From: Enterovibrio gelatinilyticus
GTDB lineage: Bacteria; Pseudomonadota; Gammaproteobacteria; Enterobacterales; Vibrionaceae
Reading direction: 5' to 3'
DNA length: 64,000 nt
Assembly (NCBI RefSeq): GCF_028683095.1
Contig: NZ_JAJUBC010000028.1
Location: 1-64,000 of the forward strand
Every line of letters begins with the position of its first letter. The stretch's first letter is position 1. The notes beneath the pieces are model-generated. The model saw nothing but the letters and a program-made list of their open reading frames with translations. It did no database searches and was not told the DNA's origin. The position numbers were made by a program, and so were the translations under genes. Shown here one piece after another: positions 37,539-48,059 of this stretch.

Positions 37539-39326
37539 TTATGCGTCGTTTTCTTCGTTCTTCTTCGCTGCCGCGGTAACCGCAATCGCTAGTTCTTCAA
37601 GTGCTGCTGGGTTAGCAAGGCTTGGCGCATCCGTTAGCAAACACGCTGCTGCGGTAGTTTTCGGGAACGCGATAACATCACGGATGTTGTCAGTACCACA
37701 CAGCAGCATAACAAGACGGTCAAGACCGAATGCTAGACCCGCGTGCGGCGGCGTGCCGTACTTCAATGCTTCTAGTAGGAAGCCAAATTTTTCTTTCTGT
37801 TCGCCAGATTCAATACCCAGAATGTCAAACACAACAGTTTGCATGTCAGAGTTGTGAATACGCACAGAACCACCGCCCACTTCGTAGCCGTTTAGTACCA
37901 TGTCATAAGCGTTAGAAATTGCAGACGCAGGATTTGCTTTTAGCTCTTCTGCCGTCATACCCAAAGGAGACGTGAATGGGTGGTGCATCGCGTGCAGGTT
38001 ACCTTCTTCGTCTTCTTCGAACATTGGGAAATCAACAACCCAAAGTGGCGCCCACTTAGATTTGTCAGTCAGACCCAAGTCAGTACCTAGCTTCAGACGC
38101 AGTGCGCCCATCGCTTCAGTAACCACTTTCTTGCTGTCAGCGCCGAACAGGATGATGTCGCCAGTTTCAGCGCCAGTGCGCTCAAGAATACCGTTAACAA
38201 CGTCTTCGTTCAGGAATTTAGCAACCGGTGATTGAACACCTTCCATGCCTGCTGCACGGTCGTTAACCTTCATCCATGCCAAACCTTTCGCGCCGTAGAT
38301 GCCGACAAACTTGGTGTATTCATCGATTTGCTTACGAGATAGCTCAGCACCACCCGGAACACGAATAACAGCAACACGGCCTTTTTCGTCATTCGCTGGG
38401 CCAGAGAAGACTTTGAATTCAACGTCTTTTAGAAGGTCGGCAACATCAACCATTTCTAGCGGGTTACGCAGGTCTGGTTTATCTGAACCGAAACGGCGCG
38501 CAGCTTCTTCAAACGTCATGATTGGGAACTGGCCCAGATCCACGTTCAACAATTCTTGCCACATATCGCGAACCATGTTTTCAGTCACTTCACGCACTTG
38601 ATCTGCGGTCATGAACGAAGTTTCGATATCGATTTGGGTAAATTCAGGCTGGCGGTCAGCACGCAAGTCTTCATCGCGGAAGCACTTAACGATTTGGTAG
38701 TAACGGTCAAAACCAGACATCATCAGAAGCTGTTTGAACAGCTGTGGTGATTGTGGCAATGCGTAGAAGCTGCCTTTATGAACACGGCTTGGTACCAAGT
38801 AGTCACGTGCGCCTTCTGGCGTTGCTTTTGTTAGTACTGGCGTTTCGATGTCTAGGAAGCCGTTATCATCAAGGAAACGACGAACAAAGCTTGATGCTTT
38901 TGCACGCAGCTTGATGCGATCGCTCATTTCCGGACGACGCAAGTCAAGGTAACGGTGCTTAAGACGTTGTTCTTCAGAGTTGTTTTGGTTGAAGTCCAAT
39001 GGCAATGGCTCAGCGCGGTTGATAATTTCCAAACCAGTCGCTAGCAATTCTACTTCGCCTGTCGCCATGTCTTTGTTGATTTGGCTTTCAGGACGAGCGC
39101 GCACTTCACCCGTGAATTTGATACAGAATTCGTTACGCAGTTTGTTAGCGATCTCGAATACGTCTTTCATATCCGGATCAACCACCACCTGAACCACGCC
39201 TTCACGGTCACGCATATCAATGAAGATAAGACCGCCTAAATCACGACGGCGATTTACCCAGCCGCAAAGTTCTACAGTTTGCCCTACTAGGGCTTTGTTC
39301 AGGTGACCACAATATTGGGTGCGCAT
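37539..39326 (-). CDS. aspS: Aspartate--tRNA ligase
   Basis: [43 protein letters not shown]… matches the E. coli AspS N-terminus. Class II motifs are present (…[16 protein letters not shown]…, …GGGSVRIH…). Start ATG 39326. The ORF track extends 43 codons upstream. Confidence 0.93.
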   Translation of the reverse strand: MRTQYCGHLNKALVGQTVELCGWVNRRRDLGGLIFIDMRDREGVVQVVVDPDMKDVFEIANKLRNEFCIKFTGEVRARPESQINKDMATGEVELLATGLEIINRAEPLPLDFNQNNSEEQRLKHRYLDLRRPEMSDRIKLRAKASSFVRRFLDDNGFLDIETPVLTKATPEGARDYLVPSRVHKGSFYALPQSPQLFKQLLMMSGFDRYYQIVKCFRDEDLRADRQPEFTQIDIETSFMTADQVREVTENMVRDMWQELLNVDLGQFPIMTFEEAARRFGSDKPDLRNPLEMVDVADLLKDVEFKVFSGPANDEKGRVAVIRVPGGAELSRKQIDEYTKFVGIYGAKGLAWMKVNDRAAGMEGVQSPVAKFLNEDVVNGILERTGAETGDIILFGADSKKVVTEAMGALRLKLGTDLGLTDKSKWAPLWVVDFPMFEEDEEGNLHAMHHPFTSPLGMTAEELKANPASAISNAYDMVLNGYEVGGGSVRIHNSDMQTVVFDILGIESGEQKEKFGFLLEALKYGTPPHAGLAFGLDRLVMLLCGTDNIRDVIAFPKTTAAACLLTDAPSLANPAALEELAIAVTAAAKKNEENDA

Positions 39327-39596
39327 ATGAATTTCCCGATCTGTTACTGACTGTCCTATTGCGCCGACAAGCGCAAAGCTACAAATATGGTTGTGCAGAT
39401 TGTTCTGCAAACTTCCGCCTGAGTATTCACTCACGCCAAAGTAAAAATACCTCAAAATGACGCAGCATTATAAAGGAAAAAATTGCGTTGCGGGAAATCG
39501 TAGCGAGATGAAAGCCATAAAAAACCGCAATCGCGCAAAAAAACAGCAAGGATTGACGCTGACTGCGCAACACACCCACAATAGAGACTCGACGAC

Positions 39597-40517
39597 ATGA
39601 GGGATTATCCGTTGCAACCATCGATTCCAAAACTTGCACCGCTTTCGCAACTGGCCACTCCGCCACTTCGACTAGGTATGACGCAGTGGTCGCACAATGC
39701 ATGGCAACGCAAATTTTACCCGTCTGGCACCAAAAGCGGAGAACGCTTGGCGCGTTATGCTGAAGTATTTAATACCGTAGAAGGCAACACCACATTTTAC
39801 GCCAGCCCTTCACACGCGACCGTTGCTAATTGGAAAGCAGCCACCAGCGATGCATTCCGGTTTACCTTTAAATTCCCTCAGCCCATCACTCACCAAATGA
39901 TGTTGCGACACTCAGATGCCATGGTGTCTGAATTTATCACCTTAATGCAGCCGCTACATGAACGTATTGGGTTATGGAAAATACAACTGCCGGCAGCCTT
40001 TGGCCCACAGTCTTTGCCAGACCTCAAACGTTTTCTCACCGCGATGCCAACGGCGTATAACGTGGGTGTTGAAGTGCGCCACCCTGCTTTTTTTGCCAAA
40101 GGTGACGACGAACGCGCGTTCAATAGCTTATTGATGGAATACAACGCCGACCGCATCATTATGGACAGTCGTCCTGTTTTTGCCGTGCCTGCAGACACTG
40201 ACGCACTGCTCGATGCCCAGCAGAAAAAGCCCGCGGTTCCTGTGCACGCCATCTCAACAAGCAATACACCGATGGTGCGATTCATTGGCGACCCAACACT
40301 TGAGCGAAACGATGCATTCTTTGCGAATTGGCAGAAAAAGATCCCGCAGTGGATTGAGGAAGGGAAAACACCGTATTTGATGATTCACACAGCAAACAAC
40401 GATCAAGCGCCAGAGTTAGCAGCACATTTTTATGATTTACTCACTCAGCAAATCGCGCTGCCGCCTCTGGCACCTTTGTTTCCGGAAGATATTTCTAGTC
40501 AAATAAGTTTGCTTTAG
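39597..40517 (+). CDS. yecE: DUF72 family protein YecE
   Basis: Aligns with E. coli YecE throughout (…QWSH…VEGNTTFYA…FRF.FKFP…). The true start may be ATG 39678 (MTQWSH…). The ORF-track ATG 39597 adds 27 aa. Confidence 0.8.
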   Translation: MRDYPLQPSIPKLAPLSQLATPPLRLGMTQWSHNAWQRKFYPSGTKSGERLARYAEVFNTVEGNTTFYASPSHATVANWKAATSDAFRFTFKFPQPITHQMMLRHSDAMVSEFITLMQPLHERIGLWKIQLPAAFGPQSLPDLKRFLTAMPTAYNVGVEVRHPAFFAKGDDERAFNSLLMEYNADRIIMDSRPVFAVPADTDALLDAQQKKPAVPVHAISTSNTPMVRFIGDPTLERNDAFFANWQKKIPQWIEEGKTPYLMIHTANNDQAPELAAHFYDLLTQQIALPPLAPLFPEDISSQISLL

Positions 40518-40523
40518 ATCAGG

Positions 40524-40593
40524 TACGGAGTACTGGGTACTGGGTACTGGGTACTGGGTACTGGGTACTGGGTACTGGGTACTGGGTACTGGC
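40524..40593. repeat. Heptanucleotide tandem repeat (TACTGGG) x8 perfect copies plus degenerate flanking units
   Basis: Eight perfect copies of tactggg span 40531-40586. They are flanked by gtacgga (40523-40529) and tactggc (40587-40593). The repeat lies in the intergenic region between convergent yecE and the OM barrel gene. Confidence 0.95.
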
Positions 40594-40688
40594 AGATCGT
40601 GGAAAGCACAGATAGTGACGTCAATCTCAGCGAAGGCTTTTCCTAAGCCCTAGGACCTGCTCTTCCTAGGACCTTGCTTTCCAAACAC

Positions 40689-41858
40689 CTAAAAATACCA
40701 ACTTACCTCCGCTTCGACAAAGTCATCACGTTTTAGGGAGTAAATTGGATCGGTGGCCTTGTCCGAGTCGAACATCCAACCTGTCACCGTCCAGCTCCAA
40801 TCATTCGAGAAACGACCGCTCGACTCTAAGCGCACTGTCATCGAATCTGTATCGTCTAAATCGACCGTACCCCCGACTAAGAACTCAGTGCCGTCGTGAT
40901 CATTCAGTACCCAGCGAAGTCCTGCAAACAGGTCATTTTGGCCAGCAACGGGGGCATCTTCATCGCGACTGTCGTAAAGATATTCCATCAGAAAACCCAG
41001 ATCGGTGATGCCTTCGTTCACACCTACATAGGTATATTCAAAACCTCCCGTAAACGCCGTATTTGATTCCAAGCTGTAACGACGAATGGCCTCAGCTTTC
41101 CAGAGCCAGTCACCGTAGATCGCTTGAACATCAAGGCCCACTTGCGTCATGAGCGCATAGTATGGCGATAAGGTGTTGAAGAAATATGGGTCTCGGTTAG
41201 TACCATGAAACACACTCAAACCTACGTCCCATTCATCAAACATGGTGCCATAACGCGCAGCAACATCAGGGTAAAACTCTTTATGACGAGATTCGTACTG
41301 TGCATCTGCATCGCCAGCACCAGGAACCGCTAAACGACCATCGTAACTTGCAAAGGTACGTTCGCGAAAATAGGGCAGCACGTATAAATCAAGCAAGCCA
41401 GATTCGAGTTCTAGCCCCAAGCTCATCATGGGTTGACCCAGTTTCACCTCGCCATCAATCGCTTCTACCGCATCAGTTTGATTGATCACATCAACAAGAT
41501 GTTGTGACTCTGTCACGCCCCAAAAGACGATACCGAAGCCAAAGCGCAGTTCGTAGTTATCTTCGTAGTGCATCAACAACGCTTCACGCACATCGCCATG
41601 CGTGCGCTCGTCATCCATTGAGTCCCAACGGAAGAACGGCGAAAAAGTAAAGCTCGTGTTCCCTTCGTCACTTTCCCAATAAAGCTCAGGTTCAATGGCG
41701 ATAGACGTTTGGCTTTTGTCCTGACCTTGAGCGCCAGCCTGTGAAAACTGACGCTGTTGAAAGGTCAGCTCACCTTCAAATTCAAATGCATAAGCGGGTG
41801 AGAGGAAAAGAGGCAGCGCTAACAGCGCCGCCAATGAAGTCCATGGTTTCATTCTCAC
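40689..41858 (-). CDS. Outer-membrane beta-barrel protein (DUF1302-like?), exporter-associated
   Basis: Signal peptide MRMKPWTSLAALLALPLFLSPAYA. Beta-strand periodicity rich in aromatic, Gly and Asp residues. The C-terminus …EVSWYF is an OMP signature. The start abuts the stop of the LolA-like gene. Confidence 0.6.
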   Translation of the reverse strand: MRMKPWTSLAALLALPLFLSPAYAFEFEGELTFQQRQFSQAGAQGQDKSQTSIAIEPELYWESDEGNTSFTFSPFFRWDSMDDERTHGDVREALLMHYEDNYELRFGFGIVFWGVTESQHLVDVINQTDAVEAIDGEVKLGQPMMSLGLELESGLLDLYVLPYFRERTFASYDGRLAVPGAGDADAQYESRHKEFYPDVAARYGTMFDEWDVGLSVFHGTNRDPYFFNTLSPYYALMTQVGLDVQAIYGDWLWKAEAIRRYSLESNTAFTGGFEYTYVGVNEGITDLGFLMEYLYDSRDEDAPVAGQNDLFAGLRWVLNDHDGTEFLVGGTVDLDDTDSMTVRLESSGRFSNDWSWTVTGWMFDSDKATDPIYSLKRDDFVEAEVSWYF

Positions 41859-41860
41859 TC

Positions 41861-42655
41861 CTAGCGCGCGCGCTTCAAGCTAGATTTAGAAAAGTCACCT
41901 TCATCCAAACCCGTGTTAAACGCTAGTTCTGTTGTGGTTAATTTGGTCGACTTACCCGTCTGGTGGTTCACCATCATCATCGTGTGCGCGCGCCAGTACT
42001 GATCCAGATACTGTTTGTAGTCACTGAACGTCAATGTTTTAAGCAAAGACTTACGGCGATCGTAGAACTCAGTTTTAAGCGGTCGGTAATGCTCTTGGTC
42101 AACCCACACTTTTTGGCTGGTATAACCTGAATACTTATCGGTTGGCGTTTGCACAATCACAAACGTATTTTGCCCATCAATTTCTTCTTCACCCACCAAG
42201 TCAAAGGTATATTTCTCGAGTTCAAACGAGCTCAAATCTTCGTACGCAAATTCGCTGCCCATGAATGGGCCTGACTTGTTGCGTGATGCAATACGTTTCA
42301 CGCGCTTTAGCGCAGGAAGGTAAAGCCACTGATCGTCAGCGCCAGTAATATGCGAGTAGTTAAGAAAGACGGTACCACGGACATCACGAGGTTCATCAAA
42401 GATGGTTAAGCCTTTATCGCCATCGCTTTCAACTTCAAGTGTTTTGATACGCAGTTTGCGATCACTGGTATCACCGTTCGCGTTTTCAAGCAGCATGGTC
42501 ATTTCAGCCACACTGTCACCCCAGCCTTGATCCCGCACTTTACGCTCTTTGGCGATTTCCAATCCCTTTACTTCATCGGCAACCACAGGCGCTGCTATCG
42601 CCATCATGCTAAACGCAATCACAACGGCTTTTGATAATGTTCTTATTGTTTTCAT
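41861..42655 (-). CDS. LolA-like outer-membrane lipoprotein-sorting family protein (DUF1329-like), exporter-associated
   Basis: Signal peptide MKTIRTLSKAVVIAFSMMAIAAPVVA with start ATG 42655. The ORF track reaches 42760, overlapping the MMPL gene. It is a ~260-aa periplasmic protein, and this family typically pairs with MMPL/RND exporters. Confidence 0.55.
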   Translation of the reverse strand: MKTIRTLSKAVVIAFSMMAIAAPVVADEVKGLEIAKERKVRDQGWGDSVAEMTMLLENANGDTSDRKLRIKTLEVESDGDKGLTIFDEPRDVRGTVFLNYSHITGADDQWLYLPALKRVKRIASRNKSGPFMGSEFAYEDLSSFELEKYTFDLVGEEEIDGQNTFVIVQTPTDKYSGYTSQKVWVDQEHYRPLKTEFYDRRKSLLKTLTFSDYKQYLDQYWRAHTMMMVNHQTGKSTKLTTTELAFNTGLDEGDFSKSSLKRAR

Positions 42656-42674
42656 TCTTCTCTCCTTGAATTCG

Positions 42675-45038
42675 TTACTGCGTTGCTTCTTTGCTAAACG
42701 ACTTAGATTTATCAGCCAAAGGCTCAGATTTACCGCCCAACGACTTGGATTCATTGGCATAGTTTTTCCTATCTGCTACTAGAAGCACGGCAGGTAGAAG
42801 AATAAAGTCCACGATGAGAGCAATGAATATAACGATGGCACTGAGCAGCCCCATGTCACTATTCAGACGGAAGCCGGATGTTGCTAACACGCTGAAACCA
42901 GCAACTAGCACCACGGTTGTAATCCATAGTGCGCGACCCACTGAATCAAACGCATAACGGATACCATCTTCAACATTGCGACCCTGCAAACGTGCATGGC
43001 GATATTTCGTCAGGAAATGCACCGTGTCATCCACCACCACACCCAAGGTCAAGGTGATAACAACTGAAAGCCCCAGGTTGATTTCACCTGACACAACAGC
43101 CCACAAACCAAAGCCCAAAATGGCTGGCACCAAATTTGGCACTAGACTAATCACACCAAGACGCCATGAACGTAATGCGAATACCAACAACCCAGAAATC
43201 AACACCAATGCAATCGGCAAGGTTTTCAACATACTGGCAATGTTGGTTTCACCAATGTGAGCGAACATCAGGTTCGGACCAGACGATGCCATCTCGTACT
43301 GAGGGGCATTAGCCTTAAACCATGTATCCATACGTTTTTCCAACGCAATCAAATCCACACTGCCTAGGTTGTCAGTGGTTAGTACTAATTTGACCGCAGA
43401 CTTATCAATGTTCACTTCGTTGTTTAGATCTAATCCGTACGGCAACGACATTTCGTACAACAGCAAATATTGCGCAGCAAGTTCAGGATCTTGAGGCAAG
43501 GCGTAGAATGATTCATCATCACCATGCATGTTCATGTTCAAACGTTTGAAAGTGTCGGAGATTGACGCGACATGGTCAGTCTCTGGTTGAGTTCTTAACC
43601 ACTCGGTGAAATCTTCGACTGCATTTAAAAACTCAGGATGCGTAATACCTTGTGGTTGACCCGATTTAATGGAAATACTGAGCGCGGTTGTCCCGCTAAC
43701 CGTTTCTTCCATATAATCAGCCGCTTGACGGAAAACATTGCCAGAATCGAAGTATTCAACGGCATTGTCATTGGCATGGTTTTGCATCAGCAACACCGCA
43801 CTCAATGCCACGACAATGACACTGACTGGCAGAATCTTCCTATGATTTGCAATCACGGTATCCGCTACCCATCCCATCGCTTTGTTACTGTTTTTCCGGG
43901 CAGGCTTCACCTTAAACGGCATCAATTGAAGCAATGCTGGTAATAGCGTGACAGACAAGACAAACGCGATCATCACGCCCAATGCAGCGAGATTCCCCAT
44001 GTCTCTCAATACCGGAGAGTCCGATGCATTCATCATTAAGAAGCCAATCGACGTTGTAACTGACGTGATCAATAGCGCGAGGAAATTAAGCTTAAGCGCA
44101 TAATTAATGGCCTCATTTTTGTCTTTGCCTTCACGAAGAGCATGCACATAGGACGTGATCAGGTGGACACAATCCGCCACGGCGAGAGTCATCACCAACG
44201 TCGGAACTGTCACTGTACCGTTATTCAGGTAGTGTCCTACCCAACCCAGCATCCCCATGGTGGCTGCAATGGTCAGCACAATCACGATCAGCGTCGCCAA
44301 GACAAACTTCCAAGATCGCAACATAATGCCGAGGAACACCAGTACAACAAGAAACATCATTGGTACCAGCGTTTGGCTGTCTGCTTGCGCAGCGTCAGCA
44401 AAAGCTTTATTCATGGCGATAATGCCCGCCAGATGGAAATCTACGTCAGGATAGGTTTCGTGCGCTTTAGCCAGAACATCTTTTGTAAAATTGACCACCT
44501 CCTGCACTTGCGCCGTTTGGTCACCATCCGGCAATTGAAAAGTGATATTCACAATGGCGGCTTGCGCGGTTTGACCGACGATAGCGTTAACTAAACGAGG
44601 TTCATTGAGGGCGACATCACGAATATAGTCGATTCGTGCATCGTCAAGTTCGTAATAATCTGGCGCGAGGTCTTCAACAAGCAAGTCATCCTCTTCCGCA
44701 GAGGTATGTTGATAATTCGTAATGGAGTCCACGCGACTCGCGTATGGTGTTAGCCAAGCTTCATCGGTGAGTTGTTGAATCAAGGAAAGGTTGTCTTTGG
44801 TAAACACGTCTTTGTTATGTGGCGCAACCACAATGGCAAGCGTGTCCGTTTTGTTAAATGTCGCTTCGAGTTCTTTGAACGATTGAAGCTGCGGGTTCCC
44901 TTTATCAAAGAAGATTTGGTAATCACCTCGAAAATACAAGTTTTGACTACCCATCGCCGCAACAACGGCAAACAAAACACTAAAGATCAAAAATAGCCAA
45001 GGACGTGCCGCAGGCATTCGATATAGTTCAGTTTTCAT
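42675..45038 (-). CDS. MMPL/RND-superfamily exporter (12-TM, two large periplasmic loops; HpnN-like)
   Basis: ~787 aa with duplicated 6-TM units and the MMPL architecture. Start ATG 45038 (MKTELYRMP…) with a GGAG SD. The ORF track reaches 45050. Confidence 0.75.
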   Translation of the reverse strand: MKTELYRMPAARPWLFLIFSVLFAVVAAMGSQNLYFRGDYQIFFDKGNPQLQSFKELEATFNKTDTLAIVVAPHNKDVFTKDNLSLIQQLTDEAWLTPYASRVDSITNYQHTSAEEDDLLVEDLAPDYYELDDARIDYIRDVALNEPRLVNAIVGQTAQAAIVNITFQLPDGDQTAQVQEVVNFTKDVLAKAHETYPDVDFHLAGIIAMNKAFADAAQADSQTLVPMMFLVVLVFLGIMLRSWKFVLATLIVIVLTIAATMGMLGWVGHYLNNGTVTVPTLVMTLAVADCVHLITSYVHALREGKDKNEAINYALKLNFLALLITSVTTSIGFLMMNASDSPVLRDMGNLAALGVMIAFVLSVTLLPALLQLMPFKVKPARKNSNKAMGWVADTVIANHRKILPVSVIVVALSAVLLMQNHANDNAVEYFDSGNVFRQAADYMEETVSGTTALSISIKSGQPQGITHPEFLNAVEDFTEWLRTQPETDHVASISDTFKRLNMNMHGDDESFYALPQDPELAAQYLLLYEMSLPYGLDLNNEVNIDKSAVKLVLTTDNLGSVDLIALEKRMDTWFKANAPQYEMASSGPNLMFAHIGETNIASMLKTLPIALVLISGLLVFALRSWRLGVISLVPNLVPAILGFGLWAVVSGEINLGLSVVITLTLGVVVDDTVHFLTKYRHARLQGRNVEDGIRYAFDSVGRALWITTVVLVAGFSVLATSGFRLNSDMGLLSAIVIFIALIVDFILLPAVLLVADRKNYANESKSLGGKSEPLADKSKSFSKEATQ

Positions 45039-45053
45039 CACACACTCCATTTG

Positions 45054-45281
45054 TGACGATTCGTCAAATTCTCTGCTTTAAAAAGCCAACTGATATGGCT
45101 TAGTACTTCCTAAACATAGGGTTATGTCACTCACCCTGTTCAAGCAAAACAAAATTACGCGTTCACATGGTTAGAAATTCAAATCATCGCCAGAAAAAAA
45201 CTGACGTTCCGTCAATTAATGACGAAACGTCAATGTAGTACAAAAAAGTAACAAATTAAAGCTTATTTTGACGAATCGTCA
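45054..45281. promoter_or_regulatory. Four 13-bp palindromes TGACG-N3-CGTCA (candidate TetR operators) between the TetR and MMPL genes
   Basis: The sites are tgacgattcgtca (45054-45066), tgacgttccgtca (45202-45214), tgacgaaacgtca (45220-45232) and tgacgaatcgtca (45269-45281). The first lies 16 bp upstream of the MMPL ATG, just upstream of its SD. Confidence 0.6.
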
Positions 45282-45302
45282 CAAATAAGTCAGTTGTCGC
45301 AA

Positions 45303-46076
45303 TTATGATTGATTTTCTAGAAGGGCAACTTCTTCGCCAAACAGGTCTTTTTCGGCTCGCTCCCATGTTTTTTGGTAGTCAAAATCACAAGACAAAGGCA
45401 TCCAGCGCATCCCATCAAGGAGGAAGTTGAGGTTCTGAAGCACGATATTGGTATCATGTTGACGAGATACACAGCTACTTTGCGTCGCATTATTTACCAA
45501 TGAACTGGTACCAAATGCCATCGCCCAATTTGCAAACACAATGCTATCGCTCGTGATGCCAGGTGCGAGGATGATATCTCCAGAACTCTGGCCAAGCTCG
45601 ATGAACTTATCACCAAATGACACCACAAGGTCTTCCAAAGTGTTCAGTTTTTCAAGGCGTTCAGGGGCGCTTTTTTCAGTGACCGCAGGCGTACGACTAA
45701 CCAATGCACACATCGCTAGGATGGGCGAGAGTTTCGAGAAAAGATGCATACCAGCATGCATGGCAATCAACTTTTCACGGCTTGAACCTTCAAAGTTGAG
45801 TGCGCTTGTGAATAGGGGAATTTTTTTACTCAGCGCTTGGATCGCAAGCGCAGCAAACAAATCTTCCTTGCTGTTGAAGTGATTGTAAATTGTACCTTTG
45901 GAATATGAGCTGGCTGCAGCAAGCTTATCCATATTGAGTTGTGCAAAACCTTCCCTTTCAACAATGCTACATGCTATTAGCAACAACTCATTCTCACGAT
46001 CTCGCATTGCCAATTGTTTGCGGCTCAACGTCGCGTCATCACTGATTAAATTTGATACTGCTTGCTCTAACATTGT
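45303..46076 (-). CDS. TetR/AcrR-family transcriptional regulator
   Basis: N-terminal HTH (…LIACSIVEREGFAQLNMDKLAAASSYSKGTIYNHFNSKEDLF…). Likely start ATG 46076 (MLEQAV…). The ORF track reaches 46142. Confidence 0.8.
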   Translation of the reverse strand, partial: TMLEQAVSNLISDDATLSRKQLAMRDRENELLLIACSIVEREGFAQLNMDKLAAASSYSKGTIYNHFNSKEDLFAALAIQALSKKIPLFTSALNFEGSSREKLIAMHAGMHLFSKLSPILAMCALVSRTPAVTEKSAPERLEKLNTLEDLVVSFGDKFIELGQSSGDIILAPGITSDSIVFANWAMAFGTSSLVNNATQSSCVSRQHDTNIVLQNLNFLLDGMRWMPLSCDFDYQKTWERAEKDLFGEEVALLENQS

Positions 46077-46398
46077 GAATATCCTTAGAAGATCCTTACT
46101 TTTATAGCACAAATAAGAAATAGATTGGCAGCTTGTCCTCACTTTTTGATGCGATCACATCTACCACTCTCGTACTCATTCCATTGAATATTCACGTAAA
46201 TTGAAGTCACTCGCCTAGCGTTGCTCCGCTAGACAACGCCTTTGATTCAGCCAAGAACTCATGACTCATTATGCTTTTTTGTCGAAAATCAGGAACCACA
46301 AAAGAATGTTCAACCGGATGACTCAGTAATGTCATCAAGCCATCTGCCGTACTTTTAACAGATGGACTTATTACAATCACTGAGTATATTTTGATAGG

Positions 46399-47337
46399 TT
46401 ATTGTGCTTTGGCCCAACGAACGATGTCATCTCGCGGCCAAATCATTAGATAGCTTTTAGGCGTGTACTTCCCTTCATCAAACAACCGTCGACGCTTTTT
46501 GTTCTGCAAAGCAACATGCCCTGCATCATCACATGATTCAAGCAGATAAAACGACGCGCCACCAGACTCTGGGAGCGTGCGTAAATAGGCCATTTTCGAT
46601 GATGCTTGTATTACCGAAGGGTCCCAGAACCAGCTTTGTGCAAATATGCCTGAAACGTGTGGTTCTGACTCAAGCCGTTGTGCGATCTCCAGATAAAACG
46701 CCCGCCAGCCCGGTTCAAGGAAGTCTGGATTAGTTCTTCGGTCTTCCATATGAAGTTCATACATGTTTTGTCTGTTGTTCAGCTTTCTCAGCAACATATC
46801 CGCAGCACTAACAAACTGTGCAATGCCATTCGCGGTAAGAAATCGACGCGGTAATGGTCTGGGTTCATAATGGCAAATTGAACGGCTTGGCCACATATTC
46901 AACGCGCTAATGGCTATGTCTTTTCTGAACAGATCGCTGTGAACATCAGGCTCATAGCTGCCCGTCGCAATGTCATCTGCCAAATACTCAAACCACTCTT
47001 TGATAGAGTCAATCACCATTGTCGGCATCGTCACATCATGACTAGCTAGGCCGGTCTGATCGCTTGAATCCAATGAGCGAAGACTCCGCTGCATTAAAGC
47101 CACCAGCGCGAGTTGATGAATATCTGCCTCTACGTCTTTGCTATGAGTGTTCGATAGCTGCTCAAGCCAACGATTCATCTCATCAGGGAAGTGTGAATAG
47201 GCGCGGCCGGGCATTTCATCTTGTACAAAAGACAGATATCGTTCGCGAACCGTTGATAGCGTATCGACTTGCTTATTGAGCCTGCTTTCAATCATCTCGT
47301 GTAGATCATTCAGCTTGGTTTGCAACGTCATACACAC
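46399..47337 (-). CDS. Hypothetical protein (312 aa), last gene of the FkbH/ACP operon
   Basis: No recognisable motif. The start is adjacent to or overlaps the SDR gene stop, and the gene is co-oriented with the upstream biosynthetic genes. Confidence 0.5.
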   Translation of the reverse strand: MCMTLQTKLNDLHEMIESRLNKQVDTLSTVRERYLSFVQDEMPGRAYSHFPDEMNRWLEQLSNTHSKDVEADIHQLALVALMQRSLRSLDSSDQTGLASHDVTMPTMVIDSIKEWFEYLADDIATGSYEPDVHSDLFRKDIAISALNMWPSRSICHYEPRPLPRRFLTANGIAQFVSAADMLLRKLNNRQNMYELHMEDRRTNPDFLEPGWRAFYLEIAQRLESEPHVSGIFAQSWFWDPSVIQASSKMAYLRTLPESGGASFYLLESCDDAGHVALQNKKRRRLFDEGKYTPKSYLMIWPRDDIVRWAKAQ

Positions 47338-48059
47338 TCTCCGCCAGTCACTGGTAGATTAACGCCATTGATGTATTCCGCCCCATCAGAAAGCAAAAAG
47401 ACCACAGATGATGCTACCTCCGTTGAGGTTGCATTGCGCTTCATCGGGTGAGATGCCGCGTTCTGAATCACCATATTGTCGGGAATATCCTGCAAGAATG
47501 GCGTGTCGACCATCGAGGGGGATACCGCATTCACACGAATACCTTTGCTACCAAATTCGGCCGCTAACGAACGCATCAAGCCCAATTGTGCGTATTTGGC
47601 AATGTTGTAGTCAGCCATTGCAGCAGGTGGCAGACCCAAAGTAACACTGCTCAATATGAAGACCACTCGCCCTGCCCCACGTTGCGCCATCGAGGGTAAG
47701 AAAGCTTTCGCAATCATCATACTGCTCATCATTTGCACTTCGAGCTGCTCCATGACTTGATGGCGCGATACTTTTTTAAACCGCGTCAATTTCAGTCTCG
47801 GAGCTTGCGCAAAAACAAGATGATCAGGTTTTGAACATAGTGCCATTGCGTTTGAAATAAATGCCTCGCAACTGTCAGGGTCACTTAAATCAGCGCCAAG
47901 TACATGAAGCTCGTTTTGCATGCTTGATTGCATACTTTCAAGCGCAGCAAGATTATTACACCCATGCGCGATAATACGATTGCCTTCGCTATCGAGCATC
48001 GACATGACCGCTTTGCCAATGTCCGAGCTCGCTCCCACGATTAAACTGGTTTTACTCAT
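47328..48059 (-). CDS. SDR-family oxidoreductase (3-oxoacyl-ACP reductase-like)
   Basis: Rossmann GASSDIGKA (TGxxxGxG-like), catalytic YxxxK region (…NIAKYAQ…) and the NGV…PG tail. Overlaps the dehydratase gene stop by 4 nt. Confidence 0.75.
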   Translation of the reverse strand: MSKTSLIVGASSDIGKAVMSMLDSEGNRIIAHGCNNLAALESMQSSMQNELHVLGADLSDPDSCEAFISNAMALCSKPDHLVFAQAPRLKLTRFKKVSRHQVMEQLEVQMMSSMMIAKAFLPSMAQRGAGRVVFILSSVTLGLPPAAMADYNIAKYAQLGLMRSLAAEFGSKGIRVNAVSPSMVDTPFLQDIPDNMVIQNAASHPMKRNATSTEVASSVVFLLSDGAEYINGVNLPVTGGECV

